Virus record (IMG/VR): IMGVR_UViG_3300048562_000013
Coordinates: 1 to 46,439 of that record
Source of the DNA: a virus
Taxonomy: Duplodnaviria > Caudoviricetes
Length of the DNA: 46,439 nucleotides
Direction: 5' to 3' (one strand)
The first letter of the stretch is position 1. Every line of letters starts with the position of its first letter. A program made the translations under genes and the position numbers. A model generated the notes under the pieces. The model had not been told where the DNA came from. It was given only the letters and a program-made list of their open reading frames with translations, and searched no databases. This document shows positions 7,654 through 17,487 of the stretch, piece after piece.

Positions 7654-8513
7654 TGGGAAGGCTGAGCGCGCTGAAGCCGCGCCTCGCTGCGGCGCCGTCG
7701 CGCCTGCATCGCGCCACTGACGAACGATCCCTCGATCGTCGTCGCCTCGCCGATACCGAGACCAGAAGGCTCTACAAGACAGCGCGCTGGCGCGAACTGC
7801 GCATGTCGGTCCTACGTCGCGACTTGTTCACCTGCCAGCTGCAGGACTGCGGGCGCATCGAAAGCGACACCTCGCAGCTCGTCTGCGACCATATCGAGCC
7901 GCATCGCGGCGATGTCGGGAAGTTCTGGGCTGGTCCGTTCCACACCTTGTGCAAGCGCTGCCATGACAGCGTGAAGCAGAAGGAAGAGATCGCCGCGCGC
8001 ACTGCAGGCCTCGATGTCTACGGCGGCAAGCCAGCCTCATACAGGCCTGATTGGCTGAGGCCCTCGCTCATCCCGCTGACCATCGTCTGTGGTCCACCTG
8101 CATCAGGTAAGAACTGGTACGTCAAGCAGCGTGCAGGCCTGGATGATCAGATCATCGATCTCGACCAGATCGCATGCGCTGTGAGCGGCAAGCCGTTCAC
8201 CCATCAGTGGGACCGCTCCCTGTGGCTCGATATGGCCATGCGTGGACGCAATGCCATGCTGGGCGCACTGTCTAAGAAGAGGGACTTCAGCGCTGCCTGG
8301 CTCATCATGGGTGAGCCCAATGCACAGCACAGGCAGTGGTGGGCAGACAAGCTGCAGCCCAAGGCTATCATAGTCATAGCTGCTGATGAGGCCACCTGCA
8401 TGGCCCATACTGCCCATGATGCAGATAGGGACATGCACCATACAGCACTACAGGTGAGGCGTTGGTGGTCTGAATATAAGCCTCGCCCTGGTGACCAGGT
8501 GGTGAGGTCGTGA
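7653..8513 (+). CDS. Terminase-associated HNH endonuclease fused to a C-terminal P-loop domain
   Basis: YKTARWRELR..VLRRDLFTCQ..CG..VCDHIEPHRGD...LCKRCHD, then IVCGPPASGKNW and IIDLD. Confidence 0.88.
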   Translation: MGRLSALKPRLAAAPSRLHRATDERSLDRRRLADTETRRLYKTARWRELRMSVLRRDLFTCQLQDCGRIESDTSQLVCDHIEPHRGDVGKFWAGPFHTLCKRCHDSVKQKEEIAARTAGLDVYGGKPASYRPDWLRPSLIPLTIVCGPPASGKNWYVKQRAGLDDQIIDLDQIACAVSGKPFTHQWDRSLWLDMAMRGRNAMLGALSKKRDFSAAWLIMGEPNAQHRQWWADKLQPKAIIVIAADEATCMAHTAHDADRDMHHTALQVRRWWSEYKPRPGDQVVRS

Positions 8514-8526
8514 GCCTGCACCGCTA

Positions 8527-8597
8527 GGGGGGGTCAAATCTCTGACGACGCTTCGGTTTGCGGACCGGCGCCCCCTGCATTCAGAGGTTTTTTTTCG
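8527..8597. other. Putative cos/packaging-initiation region
   Basis: GGGGGGGTCAAATCTCTG...CAGAGGTTTTTTT between HNH and terS, the usual cos location in HK97-like phages. Confidence 0.45.
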
Positions 8598-9071
8598 ATG
8601 TCCGACGATTCCGAGGCTCCGGGCGCTGAATTGCCGCCGGCCACGACCGCGGCGGATCTGTTCGGCGAGGCGCCGAGCCCATACCGGGATCCGCGTGGCC
8701 GGAAAAAAATGAGGGTCACCAACGATTTGCGCGACCGCATCGCGATGTTGCGCGCGTCTGGCATGACACAACAGGAGATCGCGGACGCGATCGGTTGCTC
8801 CGTTCCGACCCTCGTTGAGTTTTTTTCTTTGGAATTGAACGAGGGCAAATCGGCAAAGCGGGCCGAGATGCTCGATACGCTATGGAGTGCCGCGAAAGGT
8901 GGGAACGTCACCGCGATGCGGACCTGGCTGGCGCTGAACGATAAGGGCGTCAGCCCGCGCGATGTGATCAGGCCGAAGGCGGAACCGAAGCTCGGCAAGA
9001 AAGAGCAAGCGCTGGTCGATGCGAAGACGGCGCCCGCAGCAAGTGGCTGGGCCGGCGTGGTGCGACATTGA
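8598..9071 (+). CDS. terS: Terminase small subunit
   Basis: HTH GMTQQEIADAIGCSVPTL..F..EL; GNVTAM; KLGKKEQA; position between HNH and terL. Confidence 0.85.
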   Translation: MSDDSEAPGAELPPATTAADLFGEAPSPYRDPRGRKKMRVTNDLRDRIAMLRASGMTQQEIADAIGCSVPTLVEFFSLELNEGKSAKRAEMLDTLWSAAKGGNVTAMRTWLALNDKGVSPRDVIRPKAEPKLGKKEQALVDAKTAPAASGWAGVVRH

Positions 9072-9090
9072 TCGGGTGGAGGATTGAGAC

Positions 9091-9486
9091 ATGCTGAACA
9101 AGGTCATTCTGATCGGCCATCTCGGCGCTGATGTCGAAGATCGCGTCGGCAATGCGCCTTCGCGCTTCTCGCTGGCCACAACGGAGCGCTGGCGGGACAA
9201 GGATACGGGTCAGGCGCGCGAGCGGACGGATTGGCACCAGGTGGTGATCTTCCACTCTGGCCTGATCGAGATCGCCGAGAAATACCTTCGCAAGGGCTCC
9301 AAGGTCTATGTCGAGGGGCGGCTCGGCACGCGCTCATATGAAGGCCGCGATGGCGTAAAGCGCTATGTGACCGAGATTGTGCTCGACGGGTTCAAGTCCA
9401 AGCTCGTGCTGCTCGATGGCGCCGGCGGTGGTCGTGCGCCTGCGGCGGCGAACGCCGATGAATACGGCGATGTCGAGTATGCCTGA
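9091..9486 (+). CDS. ssb: Single-stranded DNA-binding protein
   Basis: LNKVILIGHLGAD, FSLATTERWRDK..G...ERTDWHQVV, YLRKGSKVYVEGRL, YVTEIV. Confidence 0.96.
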   Translation: MLNKVILIGHLGADVEDRVGNAPSRFSLATTERWRDKDTGQARERTDWHQVVIFHSGLIEIAEKYLRKGSKVYVEGRLGTRSYEGRDGVKRYVTEIVLDGFKSKLVLLDGAGGGRAPAAANADEYGDVEYA

Positions 9487-11200
9487 GTGGGATTTCGCCT
9501 GCCCGGATTGGGTCGAGCGACTGAAGACCGGGCGCTCGCTGGTGCCTGATCTGCCGCTCGATGTCGTCGAGGCCGAGCGGGCGGTGTCCATCTTCAACAT
9601 GTTGCGTCTGCCGGACGTGCCAGGCCAGCCGGCGATGGCAGAGGCCGCGGGCGAGTGGTTCCGCGATATCGCCCGTGCTGGCTTTGGTTCGCTGCTGCCG
9701 CGCCGCGGGCCGCAGGGCGGCACCGTCATGGCGCGCCAGGTGTCCGAGCTGTTCGTGCTGGTGCCGAAGAAGAACTCGAAGACGACGGGCGGCGCGGGTC
9801 TCGTCATCACCGCGGCGATCATGAATGAGCGCCCGAATGCGGAGCTGCTGTTCGTCGGCCCGACACAGGACATCGCCGATCTCGCCTTCCAGCAGGCGCG
9901 CGGCATGATCGAGGCCGATCCGGAGGGCTATCTGCAGAAGCGGTTCCATATCCGCGAGCACCTCAAGACCATCGAGGACCTGACGAACGGGGCCAAGATC
10001 AAGATCAAGACCTTCGACACCAGCGTGATGACCGGCGTCAAGCCGGTGTTCGTGCTCATCGATGAGCTGCACGAGATGTCGAAGAAATCGTATGCGTCCC
10101 GCGTCGTCGGCCAGATCCGGGGCGGTTTGTTGCCGAATCCGGAAGGGTTGCTCGTGTTCATCACCACGCAGAGCGACCAGCCGCCCGCGGGCGTGTTCAA
10201 AGACGAGTTGACCTATGCGCGCGGCATTCGGGATGGACGGATCACCGACAAGGTGAAGATGCTGCCGATCCTCTATGAGTTTCCGGAGGACATGCAGACC
10301 GACAAAGCCATGCCGTGGCGGGACCCGATGAACTGGCCGATGGTGCTGCCGAATCTGGGTCTGTCGATCAACATCGACGATCTGGAAACCCACTATGCGC
10401 AAGCACGCGAGAAGGGCGAGGCCGAAGAGCGCCGCTGGGCGTCGCAGCATCTGAATGTCCAGATCGGCATGGCGATGCATGATGATCGCTGGCGCGGCGC
10501 CGACTATTGGCTTGATGCCGCCGACACGAGCTTGACCCTCGACGGTCTGCTCGACCGTTCTGAGGTGGTCACGGTCGGCATCGACGGCGGCGGCGAGGAT
10601 GATTTGTTCGGCCTGGCCGTGCTCGGTCGCTGCCGCACCAGCCGCGACTGGCTGCTCTGGGTGCATTGCTGGGCTCACACCAAGGTCTTCGAGCGCCGGC
10701 CAGATATCGCGGAGAGGCTGCGCGATTTCGAGACGGAGGGCGACCTGACGGTCTGCACCAGCATGACGGACGCGATCGCCGGCGCCGTCGACATCATCGA
10801 AATGATCCGGAGCCGGGACCTGTTTCCGGAAAAGGCCGGTGTCGGCCTCGACCCGGCCGGCGTCTCGACGCTGCTCGACGAGATCGATCGCCGCGGCGTT
10901 CCAGAGGAACTGCGGGTTCCTGTGTCGCAAGGCTACCGGTTGCAGCCGATCATCTTCGGCTACGAGCACATGCTCGCCGACGGCAGGTTGTGGCATTCGG
11001 GCTCGGCAATGATGGCCTGGTGCGTGAGCAACGCGAAGGTCGAGCTGCAGGGCAATGCAATCCGGATCACCAAGCAGGTATCCGGCAGGGCCAAGATCGA
11101 TCCTCTGATGGCGGCGTTCGATGCCGGAATGCTGATGACTGTCAACCCGCAGCCAGCAGTGCAATATATCGACGTGAGCCGGGAGCTGATGCACATATGA
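9479..11200 (+). CDS. terL: Terminase large subunit
   Basis: VPKKNSKT (Walker A variant), VLIDELH (Walker B), ITTQS, GIDGG, KIDPLMA. Confidence 0.96.
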   Translation: MPEWDFACPDWVERLKTGRSLVPDLPLDVVEAERAVSIFNMLRLPDVPGQPAMAEAAGEWFRDIARAGFGSLLPRRGPQGGTVMARQVSELFVLVPKKNSKTTGGAGLVITAAIMNERPNAELLFVGPTQDIADLAFQQARGMIEADPEGYLQKRFHIREHLKTIEDLTNGAKIKIKTFDTSVMTGVKPVFVLIDELHEMSKKSYASRVVGQIRGGLLPNPEGLLVFITTQSDQPPAGVFKDELTYARGIRDGRITDKVKMLPILYEFPEDMQTDKAMPWRDPMNWPMVLPNLGLSINIDDLETHYAQAREKGEAEERRWASQHLNVQIGMAMHDDRWRGADYWLDAADTSLTLDGLLDRSEVVTVGIDGGGEDDLFGLAVLGRCRTSRDWLLWVHCWAHTKVFERRPDIAERLRDFETEGDLTVCTSMTDAIAGAVDIIEMIRSRDLFPEKAGVGLDPAGVSTLLDEIDRRGVPEELRVPVSQGYRLQPIIFGYEHMLADGRLWHSGSAMMAWCVSNAKVELQGNAIRITKQVSGRAKIDPLMAAFDAGMLMTVNPQPAVQYIDVSRELMHI

Positions 11201-12495
11201 GCCTCTGGACCCGCTTCTTCGGCAGTGCCGACAACGGCCGCAACCCGGCTGATGAGCGCTGGTGGACCGACGTCAACGTCGGCCGCCAGACGACCGCCGT
11301 CACGGCTGAGACGGTGATTCAGATCCCGGAGGTCTATGACTGCCTGACCGTACTGTCGCAATCGATCGCGCAGCTGCCGTTCTTCGTCTTCGAGGCCGGC
11401 GAGGATGGCAGCCGCGAGCGGCTCGGCGACCATCCCGTGACACGCCTGCTCGGCGAGCAGGCCAATATCACGCAGGAAACCACGGCTTACGAGCTGCGCG
11501 CCCAGATGACATGGGACGCAGCGCTCTATCGCAATGCCTATGCTGAGATCCGAAAGGCTCCGAACGGTCCAGGCGGGGCCGAGCTGGTCCGCTATGATCC
11601 GCGCGAGGTCGCGGTGAAGCGCAATCAACAGACTGGGCAGTACTTCTATGTCGTGCGCGACGGGGCCAATACCCGCCGCGTGCTGCCCGAAGCGATGCTG
11701 CATCTGCGCGTCGCGCCGCTGATGCCGGACAATCTTTGCGGCCGCTCGCTGCTTGTCGACGGCTACCGGGTGTTCAGCCGGGCGCTGGTGCTGGAGGATT
11801 ATACCTTCCGGTTGTTCGAGAACGATGCGACGCCCGGCGGCGTGGTCGAATTCGCCGCCAAGGCCAAGACCACTGAAGACGCGGTCAATCTGCGCGAAAA
11901 ATATCAGCGACTGTTCGGCGGTCGCAATCGCGGCAAGATCGCGGTGATCGACGATGGCGGCAAGTTCACGCCGATCCTGTCGAACAATCGCGGCGCCCAG
12001 TTCATCGAGATCTACAAGGAAGTGGCGCTGCAGCTCTGCCGGCTGTGGCGGATGCAGCCGCATAAAATCGGCCTGCTCGACAAGGCCGCCTTCTCCAATA
12101 TCGAGCAGCAAGCGCTGGAATTCGTCACCGACACGCTGATGCCGTGGCTGATCATGTGGGAGCAGGCGATCAAGCGTGACCTGCTCGCCGATCCGCGACT
12201 CTACGCGCATCACAACGTTGCCGGGCTGCTGCGCGGCGATCTGCAATCGCGCTATTCCAGCTATGCCCAAGCCCGGAACTGGGGCTGGCTCAGCGTCAAC
12301 GACATCCGCCGGCTGGAAAATCTCGATCCGATCGAAGACGGCGATGTCTACCTGCAGCCGTTGAACATGGTGCCTGCCGGGACCGATGCCACGCAGCTGC
12401 AGCAGCAGCGCCAGGCGCCGCCGCCCGGCAGCGCCCTGACCATCGCCCTCGAAAACTATCTCGGCCGCCGTCTGCTGCCCGCCCCTGGAGAATAG
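11197..12495 (+). CDS. HK97-family portal protein
   Basis: SIAQLP, FENDATPGG, FSNIEQQALEF, L.PWL..WEQ, LLRGDL..R, GWLSVNDIRRLENLDPI. Confidence 0.96.
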   Translation: MSLWTRFFGSADNGRNPADERWWTDVNVGRQTTAVTAETVIQIPEVYDCLTVLSQSIAQLPFFVFEAGEDGSRERLGDHPVTRLLGEQANITQETTAYELRAQMTWDAALYRNAYAEIRKAPNGPGGAELVRYDPREVAVKRNQQTGQYFYVVRDGANTRRVLPEAMLHLRVAPLMPDNLCGRSLLVDGYRVFSRALVLEDYTFRLFENDATPGGVVEFAAKAKTTEDAVNLREKYQRLFGGRNRGKIAVIDDGGKFTPILSNNRGAQFIEIYKEVALQLCRLWRMQPHKIGLLDKAAFSNIEQQALEFVTDTLMPWLIMWEQAIKRDLLADPRLYAHHNVAGLLRGDLQSRYSSYAQARNWGWLSVNDIRRLENLDPIEDGDVYLQPLNMVPAGTDATQLQQQRQAPPPGSALTIALENYLGRRLLPAPGE

Positions 12496-12498
12496 CCA

Positions 12499-13422
12499 AT
12501 GCGATATCTACGCCTCTTGAGCTGGGTGGCCGGTGCCGCCTGGGCGATCGAGCCTGCCAAGGCGCAGGTGATGCTGGAAGTGCTCATGAACCGCGCGATC
12601 GGCGCGCCGGCCGCCTTCGACCAGGAAGACGAGAATTGGGAGCGGCGCCGTGACGCCGCGGCCCGCGATCGGAATCAGCCGCAAGAGGGTATCGCCGTCG
12701 TGCCGGTCACCGGCGTGATCTCGCCGCGCGTGCACGATGTCGAGGGCTTTTCGACCGGCGGCGGCATGTCCGCCGAGGGCTTCGCCGCGGCGATGCGCCA
12801 GCTCGCAGCCGATCCCAACATCAAGGGCGTGGTGCTCGATGTCGACAGCCCCGGCGGCAACGTCGCCGGCGTGCCGGAAGCCGTCGGCGCCATCCGCGAC
12901 GTCCAGGCGGCTGGAAAGCCCGTCTCGGCGGTCGCGCATCATTGGGCCGCCAGCGCCGCCTACTGGCTCGCCTCGGCCGCCGACGAGCTGGTGGTGACGC
13001 CATCGGGCGAGGTCGGTTCGATCGGCGTCTATGTCTATCACGAGGACATCTCCAAGCGCCTCGACATGCTCGGCGTGACGCCGACGCTGATCAAGGCTGG
13101 CCCGAACAAGGCGGAAGGGCACCCGGCCTTCCCGCTCGGCGAGGACGCTGCAGCGCACGTCCAGGCCCGCGTCGACGATTATTACCGGATGTTCGTCAAG
13201 GACGTGGCCAAGGGGCGCGGCGTGCCTGTCTCGACGGTCCGCGAGAGCTTCGGCGGCGGGCGCATGGTCGGCGCGGACGAGGCGGTCCGCCTCGGCATGG
13301 CCGACAGCGTCGGAAGTCTCGCCGACACCATCAAGCGGATGCAGCGCGCCAGCGGCAAGACCGCCGCCCGCTCCGCATTCGCCAGCGTAGAAACGCGTCG
13401 CCGCCGCCTGGCGGTATCCTAA
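12499..13422 (+). CDS. Prohead protease, S49/SppA family
   Basis: LDVDSPGG, AASAAYWLAS, GSIGVY, FVKDVAKGRG. Confidence 0.95.
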   Translation: MRYLRLLSWVAGAAWAIEPAKAQVMLEVLMNRAIGAPAAFDQEDENWERRRDAAARDRNQPQEGIAVVPVTGVISPRVHDVEGFSTGGGMSAEGFAAAMRQLAADPNIKGVVLDVDSPGGNVAGVPEAVGAIRDVQAAGKPVSAVAHHWAASAAYWLASAADELVVTPSGEVGSIGVYVYHEDISKRLDMLGVTPTLIKAGPNKAEGHPAFPLGEDAAAHVQARVDDYYRMFVKDVAKGRGVPVSTVRESFGGGRMVGADEAVRLGMADSVGSLADTIKRMQRASGKTAARSAFASVETRRRRLAVS

Positions 13423-13437
13423 CCGAAAGGGAAATCT

Positions 13438-14745
13438 ATGAAGCACCTGATGGCACTACGCCAGCGCCAGGCCGAGCTGAAGAGCCGCGGCAAGGCTCTG
13501 CTCGATCTCGCAGCCAAGGAAGGCCGCGAGTTGGCCGAGGCCGAGGAACATGAGTTCGTCCAGCTCGAGGCGGACCTCGCCGACCTCGATGGCAAAATCA
13601 CCGCGGCCGAGAAGGCCAACGAGCGCCGCCGCGCCTTCGGCGATGTCCCGGCCGCCGTAGCGCCAGGCCTGCCGGGCGGTCCTCGCATCCAGGTCGGCGA
13701 CGACCGTGCGTCGCTCGATCCGCGCAGCGGCTTCACCTCGCTCGCCGATTTCGCGCAAGCCGTCCGCCGCGCTTCGCCCGGTCCGCAGCAGCAGGGCTTC
13801 GATCCGCGCCTGATGAATGCCGCTGTGCCCTCCGGTACCCACCGCGAGCTGGGGCAGGACGGCTACCTGGTGCCGCCGGAGTTCCGCGATACCATCTGGG
13901 AGCGCATCCTGGAGCAGGACAATCTGATCGACCTGATCGACGCCGAGCCGACAACGTCGAATGTCGTCAACGATATGATCGACGAGTCGACGCCGTGGGG
14001 CTCGACCGGCGTCAAAGCAGCCTGGCGGACCGAGGCGACGCAGATGACCCCAACGCGGCAGAACATCAAGCCGCGCTCGATCGTGCTCAATGAGCTGTTC
14101 GCCTTCGTGACTGCGACCGACGAGCTGCTCGAAGACGCCCCTCGGCTGGAGAACCGGCTGACCAACAAGGCGGCTGAAGCTATCACCTGGAAGATCGACG
14201 AGGCCATCTTCCGCGGCAATGGCGTCGGGCAGCCGCTCGGCTTCATGAATGCCTCGTCGCTGATCACCGTCTCCAAGGAAAGCGGCCCGCAGACTGCGGA
14301 TACGTTCGTCGCGGCGAACGCGGCGAAGATGTTTGCCCGGCTGCTGCCGGAAGGCATCGGCCGCTCACTGTGGATGCTCAATTCCGACGTGATCCCTCAG
14401 CTGATGGTCATGACGCTCGGCGATATGCCGATTTGGACCCCGCCGGCATCGGGCTTCCAAAACGCGCCTGGCGGCTTCCTATTCGGCCGGCCGATCCGCT
14501 TCTCCGAGCACTGCAAGACGCTCGGCGATCTCGGCGACATCGTGCTGATGGACCCGAAGGGCTATTACGGCCTGCGCAAAGAGGGCGTGAAATACGCCAC
14601 CTCCATGCATCTCTATTTCGACTACGGCACCACGGCCTTCCGCTGGACTTTCCGCTTCGGCGGACAGCCGCATCTGACGGCCGCTGTGAGCCCGGCGAAT
14701 GGCTCTAATACCAAGGGCCATTTTGTGGTGCTCGAAGCCCGCTAA
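13438..14745 (+). CDS. Major capsid protein (HK97 fold)
   Basis: N-terminal coiled-coil delta domain; DGYLVPPEF, TDELLEDA, GNGVGQPLG, LFGRPI, TAFRW.FR.GG. Confidence 0.95.
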   Translation: MKHLMALRQRQAELKSRGKALLDLAAKEGRELAEAEEHEFVQLEADLADLDGKITAAEKANERRRAFGDVPAAVAPGLPGGPRIQVGDDRASLDPRSGFTSLADFAQAVRRASPGPQQQGFDPRLMNAAVPSGTHRELGQDGYLVPPEFRDTIWERILEQDNLIDLIDAEPTTSNVVNDMIDESTPWGSTGVKAAWRTEATQMTPTRQNIKPRSIVLNELFAFVTATDELLEDAPRLENRLTNKAAEAITWKIDEAIFRGNGVGQPLGFMNASSLITVSKESGPQTADTFVAANAAKMFARLLPEGIGRSLWMLNSDVIPQLMVMTLGDMPIWTPPASGFQNAPGGFLFGRPIRFSEHCKTLGDLGDIVLMDPKGYYGLRKEGVKYATSMHLYFDYGTTAFRWTFRFGGQPHLTAAVSPANGSNTKGHFVVLEAR

Positions 14746-14752
14746 TCGGCCT

Positions 14753-14775
14753 GGCGGGGCTCCGGTCCCGCCTTC
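14753..14775 (+). terminator. Hairpin after the capsid gene (possible terminator or processing site)
   Basis: GGCGGGGC-tccg-GTCCCGCC followed by only a short U tract. Confidence 0.4.
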
Positions 14776-14806
14776 CCGCTCACCCTTTTAAAATCTGGAG
14801 ACTTCA

Positions 14807-15259
14807 ATGGGACAGGACAATATCCGGGCTTCGGATCGAGCCGCCGTCGTCGGCGTGATCGATCCCGACGCCAATACCGCCGGAACGCTCACCACGGGCT
14901 GGGTGTCGATGGCCGACTGGGGCCGTGTCATGGCGATCGTCTTTGCGGGCGATCTCGGCGCCTCGGCGACGCTCGATGCTAAGCTGGAGCAGGCCACCTC
15001 ATCGGGCGGCGCCGGTGCGAAAGATATCACTGGCAAGGCGATCACCCAGCTGACGCAGGCCGGCACCGACAGCAATAAGCAGGCAATCATCAATTGCCAC
15101 CGCGAAGAGCTGGATCTGGCCAACGGCTATACCCACGTCCGTCTGTCGCACACGGTCGCCACCGCGACCAGCGATAGTGGCGCGGTCCTGCTCGGCTTCG
15201 ATCCGCGCTATAACACCGCCGCCGACAACGACGCCACCACGGTCGACGAGATCGTCTAA
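14807..15259 (+). CDS. Putative capsid decoration/structural protein
   Basis: Immediately after the MCP; GGAG SD; beta-rich LDAKLEQA...AKDITGKAITQL. Confidence 0.7.
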   Translation: MGQDNIRASDRAAVVGVIDPDANTAGTLTTGWVSMADWGRVMAIVFAGDLGASATLDAKLEQATSSGGAGAKDITGKAITQLTQAGTDSNKQAIINCHREELDLANGYTHVRLSHTVATATSDSGAVLLGFDPRYNTAADNDATTVDEIV

Positions 15260-15343
15260 TCCCTCCGCCGCGTATAGCGTAAATCGGGCGTCGCCTCGGC
15301 TTCCCCCGGCCGTTCCCCCTGGGCGGCGCCCGACCCCTCTCAC

Positions 15344-15940
15344 TTGGTCATCACCCGCATGTGGCTCAATCAGACCGCCGCGCCATCAGGCGCACCGATC
15401 ACGCTCGACCAGGCCAAGGCGCATTTGCGCGTCGACCACGCCGACGAGGACGCGCTGATCACGAGCCTGATCGAGGGTGTGACGCAGCATCTCGATGGCC
15501 GCCGCGGCTATCTCGGCCGCTGTCTGATGAGCCAGAGCTGGGAATACCGGGTGCATTGCTTCCCATGGTGCGACGGCATCGAGATCCCGCTGCCGCCGCT
15601 GCTGACCGTCGAGAGCGTGAAATACGTCGATGAGGCAGGCGTCCTGCAGACGCTGGCGGACGATCAGTATGTCGTCGATGCTGCCACCTATCAGGGCCAG
15701 GTCCGGCGCGCCTATCAGGTGGTCTGGCCGGTGGCGCGCGCCGAGGATTACGCCGTGCGCATCGCCTTCACGGCCGGCTTCGGCGATGCGGACGCGGTGC
15801 CGGCGCCGATCAAGACCGCCATGCTGATGATCATCGAGCAGCTCTACGACAAGCGCGGCGACGGCGGCGACGCCAATCAGATCACCATTCCCGCAGCGGC
15901 GAAATGGCTGCTCGGCCCGTATCGGATCGAGCCGATCTGA
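15344..15940 (+). CDS. Head-tail connector (gp6-like)
   Basis: PITLDQAKAHLRVD..DEDALI, LPLPPL..V.SVKY, VRIAFTAGFG, VPAPIKTA. Confidence 0.9.
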   Translation: MVITRMWLNQTAAPSGAPITLDQAKAHLRVDHADEDALITSLIEGVTQHLDGRRGYLGRCLMSQSWEYRVHCFPWCDGIEIPLPPLLTVESVKYVDEAGVLQTLADDQYVVDAATYQGQVRRAYQVVWPVARAEDYAVRIAFTAGFGDADAVPAPIKTAMLMIIEQLYDKRGDGGDANQITIPAAAKWLLGPYRIEPI

Positions 15941-16278
15941 TGCCGGAGATCGGGGAACTCGACCGCCGCATCACCATCCGGCGCGTGTCGCTCGTGCCGA
16001 ACGAATTCAACGAGCTGATCGAGACCTGGAACGATCTGGCGACCGTCTGGGCGAAGCGCACCGACGCCAGCGCAAATGAAAGCTACCGGGCGCAAGAGGT
16101 CGGCGCCCAGATCTCGGTGCGGTTCGTGATCCGCTATTCGGTGCAGGTCGCGGATCTCAACCCGCTCGATCGCATCGCCTTCGACGGCCGCGAATACAAC
16201 ATCACCCGCGTCGGCGAGCCGGCCGGCACGCGTAATCGCTGGCGCGAAATCGACGCCGTCGCCAGGGCGGAGGGTTAA
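15940..16278 (+). CDS. Head closure/head-tail adaptor
   Basis: GELDRRITI, W.DLATVWA, RFVIRY, DRIAFDGREYNI. Confidence 0.92.
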   Translation: MPEIGELDRRITIRRVSLVPNEFNELIETWNDLATVWAKRTDASANESYRAQEVGAQISVRFVIRYSVQVADLNPLDRIAFDGREYNITRVGEPAGTRNRWREIDAVARAEG

Positions 16279-16280
16279 AA

Positions 16281-16412
16281 ATGAAAATTCAGATCATCCA
16301 CGGCGCATGTCCCGTGCGCTGGATCGTCCACGGTCCTGCCAAATGGATGTGGAGCATTCGGCTTCCGCGCGGGCGGATCGGCGAATTTCGCATGCTGCGG
16401 ATCAGCTTCTGA
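16281..16412 (+). CDS. Small hypothetical protein (43 aa)
   Basis: Manual translation MKIQIIHGACPVRWIV...RISF; fills the gap exactly; GGAGG upstream. Confidence 0.4.
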   Translation: MKIQIIHGACPVRWIVHGPAKWMWSIRLPRGRIGEFRMLRISF

Positions 16413-16413
16413 C

Positions 16414-16854
16414 ATGGGCGTCACCGTCAAGGTCGAAGGCCTCAGTGAGCTGAAGGATGCCATTGAGGCGCTACCGAAGGCGACCGGCAAAGCCGTGATG
16501 CGTAGGGTGCTGATGGCGCGGGCGAAAACGGTCGCCGAGGCCGCGAAGGGGAATGTGCCGGTCGAGTCCGGCCAGCTGCGCGACAGCATCACCGCCTCGA
16601 CCCGGTTGTCGAAGCGGCAGAAGCGCGACGCCCAGGAAACCGCCTCTTATGTCGAGGTCTATGCTGGCCCTGGACCGCTGCCCTACGCGCATCTGGTGGA
16701 ATACGGCAGCGTTCATAATCCGAAGCCCCGGCCGTTCATGCGGCCGGCTTGGGATGCGGTCAAAGGCACTATGCTGACCACCATCAAAGATGATCTCTGG
16801 GTGGAGATCGAGCAGGCCGTCGCAAGTTCGGCGCGGAAGGCCGCGGGGGGCTGA
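16414..16854 (+). CDS. HK97 gp10-like neck/tail protein
   Basis: VEGLSEL, PVESGQLRDSI, YAHLVEYGS, RPFMRPAWD. Confidence 0.92.
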   Translation: MGVTVKVEGLSELKDAIEALPKATGKAVMRRVLMARAKTVAEAAKGNVPVESGQLRDSITASTRLSKRQKRDAQETASYVEVYAGPGPLPYAHLVEYGSVHNPKPRPFMRPAWDAVKGTMLTTIKDDLWVEIEQAVASSARKAAGG

Positions 16855-16857
16855 GCC

Positions 16858-17067
16858 ATGATTTCTCTCTACGACGACGACGGGTTCACGACTTCGATTT
16901 TCCTCCGGCCGCACGACGAAGCCGTGAGGTTGATCGTCAACCCTCATCGTTTCGTTTCGCGCGGTGATTTGGGTTTTGAGCGGCAGAAGCCCGTCAACGG
17001 CTTCCGGATCGCACCGATGAATCCCGCAAAGCGACCGATATCAGCGAAACGGCGGAGGCGCTCATAA
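16858..17067 (+). CDS. Hypothetical protein
   Basis: Fills the gap; overlaps the next start codon. Confidence 0.45.
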   Translation: MISLYDDDGFTTSIFLRPHDEAVRLIVNPHRFVSRGDLGFERQKPVNGFRIAPMNPAKRPISAKRRRRS

Positions 17068-17462
17068 TGGAAGAGGCGCTGATCGCCAAGCTGCTGGCCA
17101 CGACCGCGGTCACCGCGCTGGTCGCGACCCGCGTCTATCCAGGCGTCCGGCCGCAGGCCTCGCTTTTGCCCGCCATCGTGATGAACATCGTCTCGAAAAA
17201 CCCGTCCTATTCCGACGACGGTGAGGACGGCATTGCCGAGGCGCGCGTGCAGTTCGATTGCTGGGGCGCGACCTATACCGACGCGAAAAAGACCGCCCGC
17301 GCGGTGATGGCGGCGCTGTCGGCGCTTGATGAGACCGTGGCCGGCGTCCGCTTCCGCTACATCACGCTCGATCTGGAGCACGACCTGTCCGAGACCGGCG
17401 CGGATGCGGCGGCTTATCCGTTTCGCACCGCGCTCGATTTCATCGTCGTTTACGACAACTGA
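17067..17462 (+). CDS. Tail completion/terminator protein (DUF3168-like)
   Basis: RVYPGVRPQ..LPAIV, RVQFDCWG.TY..AK. Confidence 0.88.
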   Translation: MEEALIAKLLATTAVTALVATRVYPGVRPQASLLPAIVMNIVSKNPSYSDDGEDGIAEARVQFDCWGATYTDAKKTARAVMAALSALDETVAGVRFRYITLDLEHDLSETGADAAAYPFRTALDFIVVYDN

Positions 17463-17487
17463 CCCTCAAACATTGAAAGGCTGAGCC

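Noticed and set aside
8390-8402. Additional hammerhead cores (CTGATGA here and near 7066 and 11249)
   Set aside because: They lie in coding sequence and I could not build stems with a matching GAAA/UH; a covariance search would be needed to be exhaustive
9392-11194. Long antisense ORFs over terL (likewise over portal, protease, tape measure, hub, lysin and AAA_25 genes)
   Set aside because: Typical shadow frames of high-GC coding sequence
10666-11196. N-terminal extension of the portal ORF given in the ORF track
   Set aside because: It overlaps terL; the real start is the ATGA-coupled ATG at 11197
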